Origin: an uncultured Deinococcaceae bacterium
GTDB taxonomy: Bacteria; Deinococcota; Deinococci; Deinococcales; Deinococcaceae
Assembly: GCA_964252075.1 (NCBI GenBank)
Contig: CAXULY010000005.1
Span: forward strand, 1 to 64,000
Length of the DNA: 64,000 nucleotides
Reading direction: 5' to 3'
The translations under genes were made by a program, and so were the position numbers. Shown here piece by piece: positions 63,451 to 64,000 of the stretch (within the stretch, counting starts at the first letter, position 1; each line of letters begins with the position of its first letter). The notes under the pieces were generated by a model. The model did no database searches. It saw only the letters and a list, made by a program, of their open reading frames with translations, and had not been told where the DNA came from.

Positions 63451-64000
63451 ATGCTGCTCAGCATCTCTACCACACACCAGCCCGCTACCGACCTCGGTTA
63501 CCTGCTGTACAAGCACCCGGACCGCGTGTTCAGCTTCGAGTTGCCGATGGGTCGCGCCTCCGTGTTCTACCCGGAGGCGATCCGTGAGCGCTGCACGGCG
63601 GCACTCCTGGTGGAGGTGGACCCGGTGCTGCTGTCGCGCGGGCGGCAGGGCGCGTCCCCGAACGCGCCGCTTGAGCCGTACGTGAACGACCGGCCGTACG
63701 CAGCGTCCAGCTTCCTGTCCAGCGCACTGCGCGAGGCCTTTGGGACCGCCATGACCGGGCGCAGCAAGGAGCGGCAGGCGCTGGCGGACCAGGCGCTGCC
63801 CTTCCACGTCCACCTGCCCGCGTTGCCTGCGCGTGGCGGCGCGGACCTGGCCGGGCGCCTGTTCGGGCCGCTCGGTTACGCGGTCGTGGCCGCGGCCCAA
63901 CCGCTCGACGAGCGGTTTCCCGAGTGGGGCGACAGCCCGTACCTGGACCTGAGCCTGGACGGCAATGTGCGCCTGCGCGACCTGCTCGCCCACCTGTACG
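63451..64000 (+). CDS. hen1: Bacterial Hen1 3'-terminal RNA ribose 2'-O-methyltransferase, N-terminal part (runs off the window)
   Basis: MLLSISTTHQPATDLGYLLYKHP...VFYPEA...YVNDRPYAASSFLS...LFGPLGY...FPEWGDSPY; RBS AAGGA; missing from the ORF track because it has no stop in the window. Confidence 0.92.
   Translation, partial: MLLSISTTHQPATDLGYLLYKHPDRVFSFELPMGRASVFYPEAIRERCTAALLVEVDPVLLSRGRQGASPNAPLEPYVNDRPYAASSFLSSALREAFGTAMTGRSKERQALADQALPFHVHLPALPARGGADLAGRLFGPLGYAVVAAAQPLDERFPEWGDSPYLDLSLDGNVRLRDLLAHLY

Larger units (their letters stand above)
59364..64000. mobile_element. Left part of a tRNA-integrated genomic island (continues beyond the window)
   Basis: Bounded by the tRNA fragment; visibly different codon style; conflict-type cargo; no integrase within the window. 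Confidence 0.65.

Noticed and set aside
63385..63993. 202-aa minus-strand ORF
   Set aside because: Antisense to the clearly recognisable hen1 frame.

Overview
GC-rich Deinococcus-like chromosomal window; the genus is inferred from the HU, pilin and leaderless-gene style, and the species is not confirmed. From left to right: the 5' end of tuf with its Thr-Tyr-Gly-Thr tRNA cluster; a heterodimeric ABC exporter; a CE4 deacetylase with a putative beta-barrel tail; lpdA, map, a PadR/DUF4188 module and sucBA; a type IV pilus-class chemosensory operon; a GGDEF-EAL protein, scpA, trpS and ychF; a low-GC variable patch of intact and decayed lipoprotein genes plus a pilin; carbonic anhydrase and EF-G2; a GH19-like lysozyme with an RsiV-like partner; HU, a P450, an ECF sigma module, sdaAA and an MFS permease. 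Two regions stand out. (1) 48701-59267 is a LacI-controlled sugar locus (ABC importer, two DUF4185/GH183-like secreted enzymes, a DUF2961/GH172 enzyme, a fucose/D-arabinose isomerase-like enzyme) that looks like a D-arabinan (mycobacterial-type cell wall) scavenging system. (2) From 59364 to the window end lies a tRNA-Pro-integrated island carrying a HEPN-CBS fusion, a coupled membrane OB-fold + orphan TctA-like pair, a MITE-like element and the start of a Hen1 RNA-repair gene. All family calls are by motif recognition; no database searches were run.
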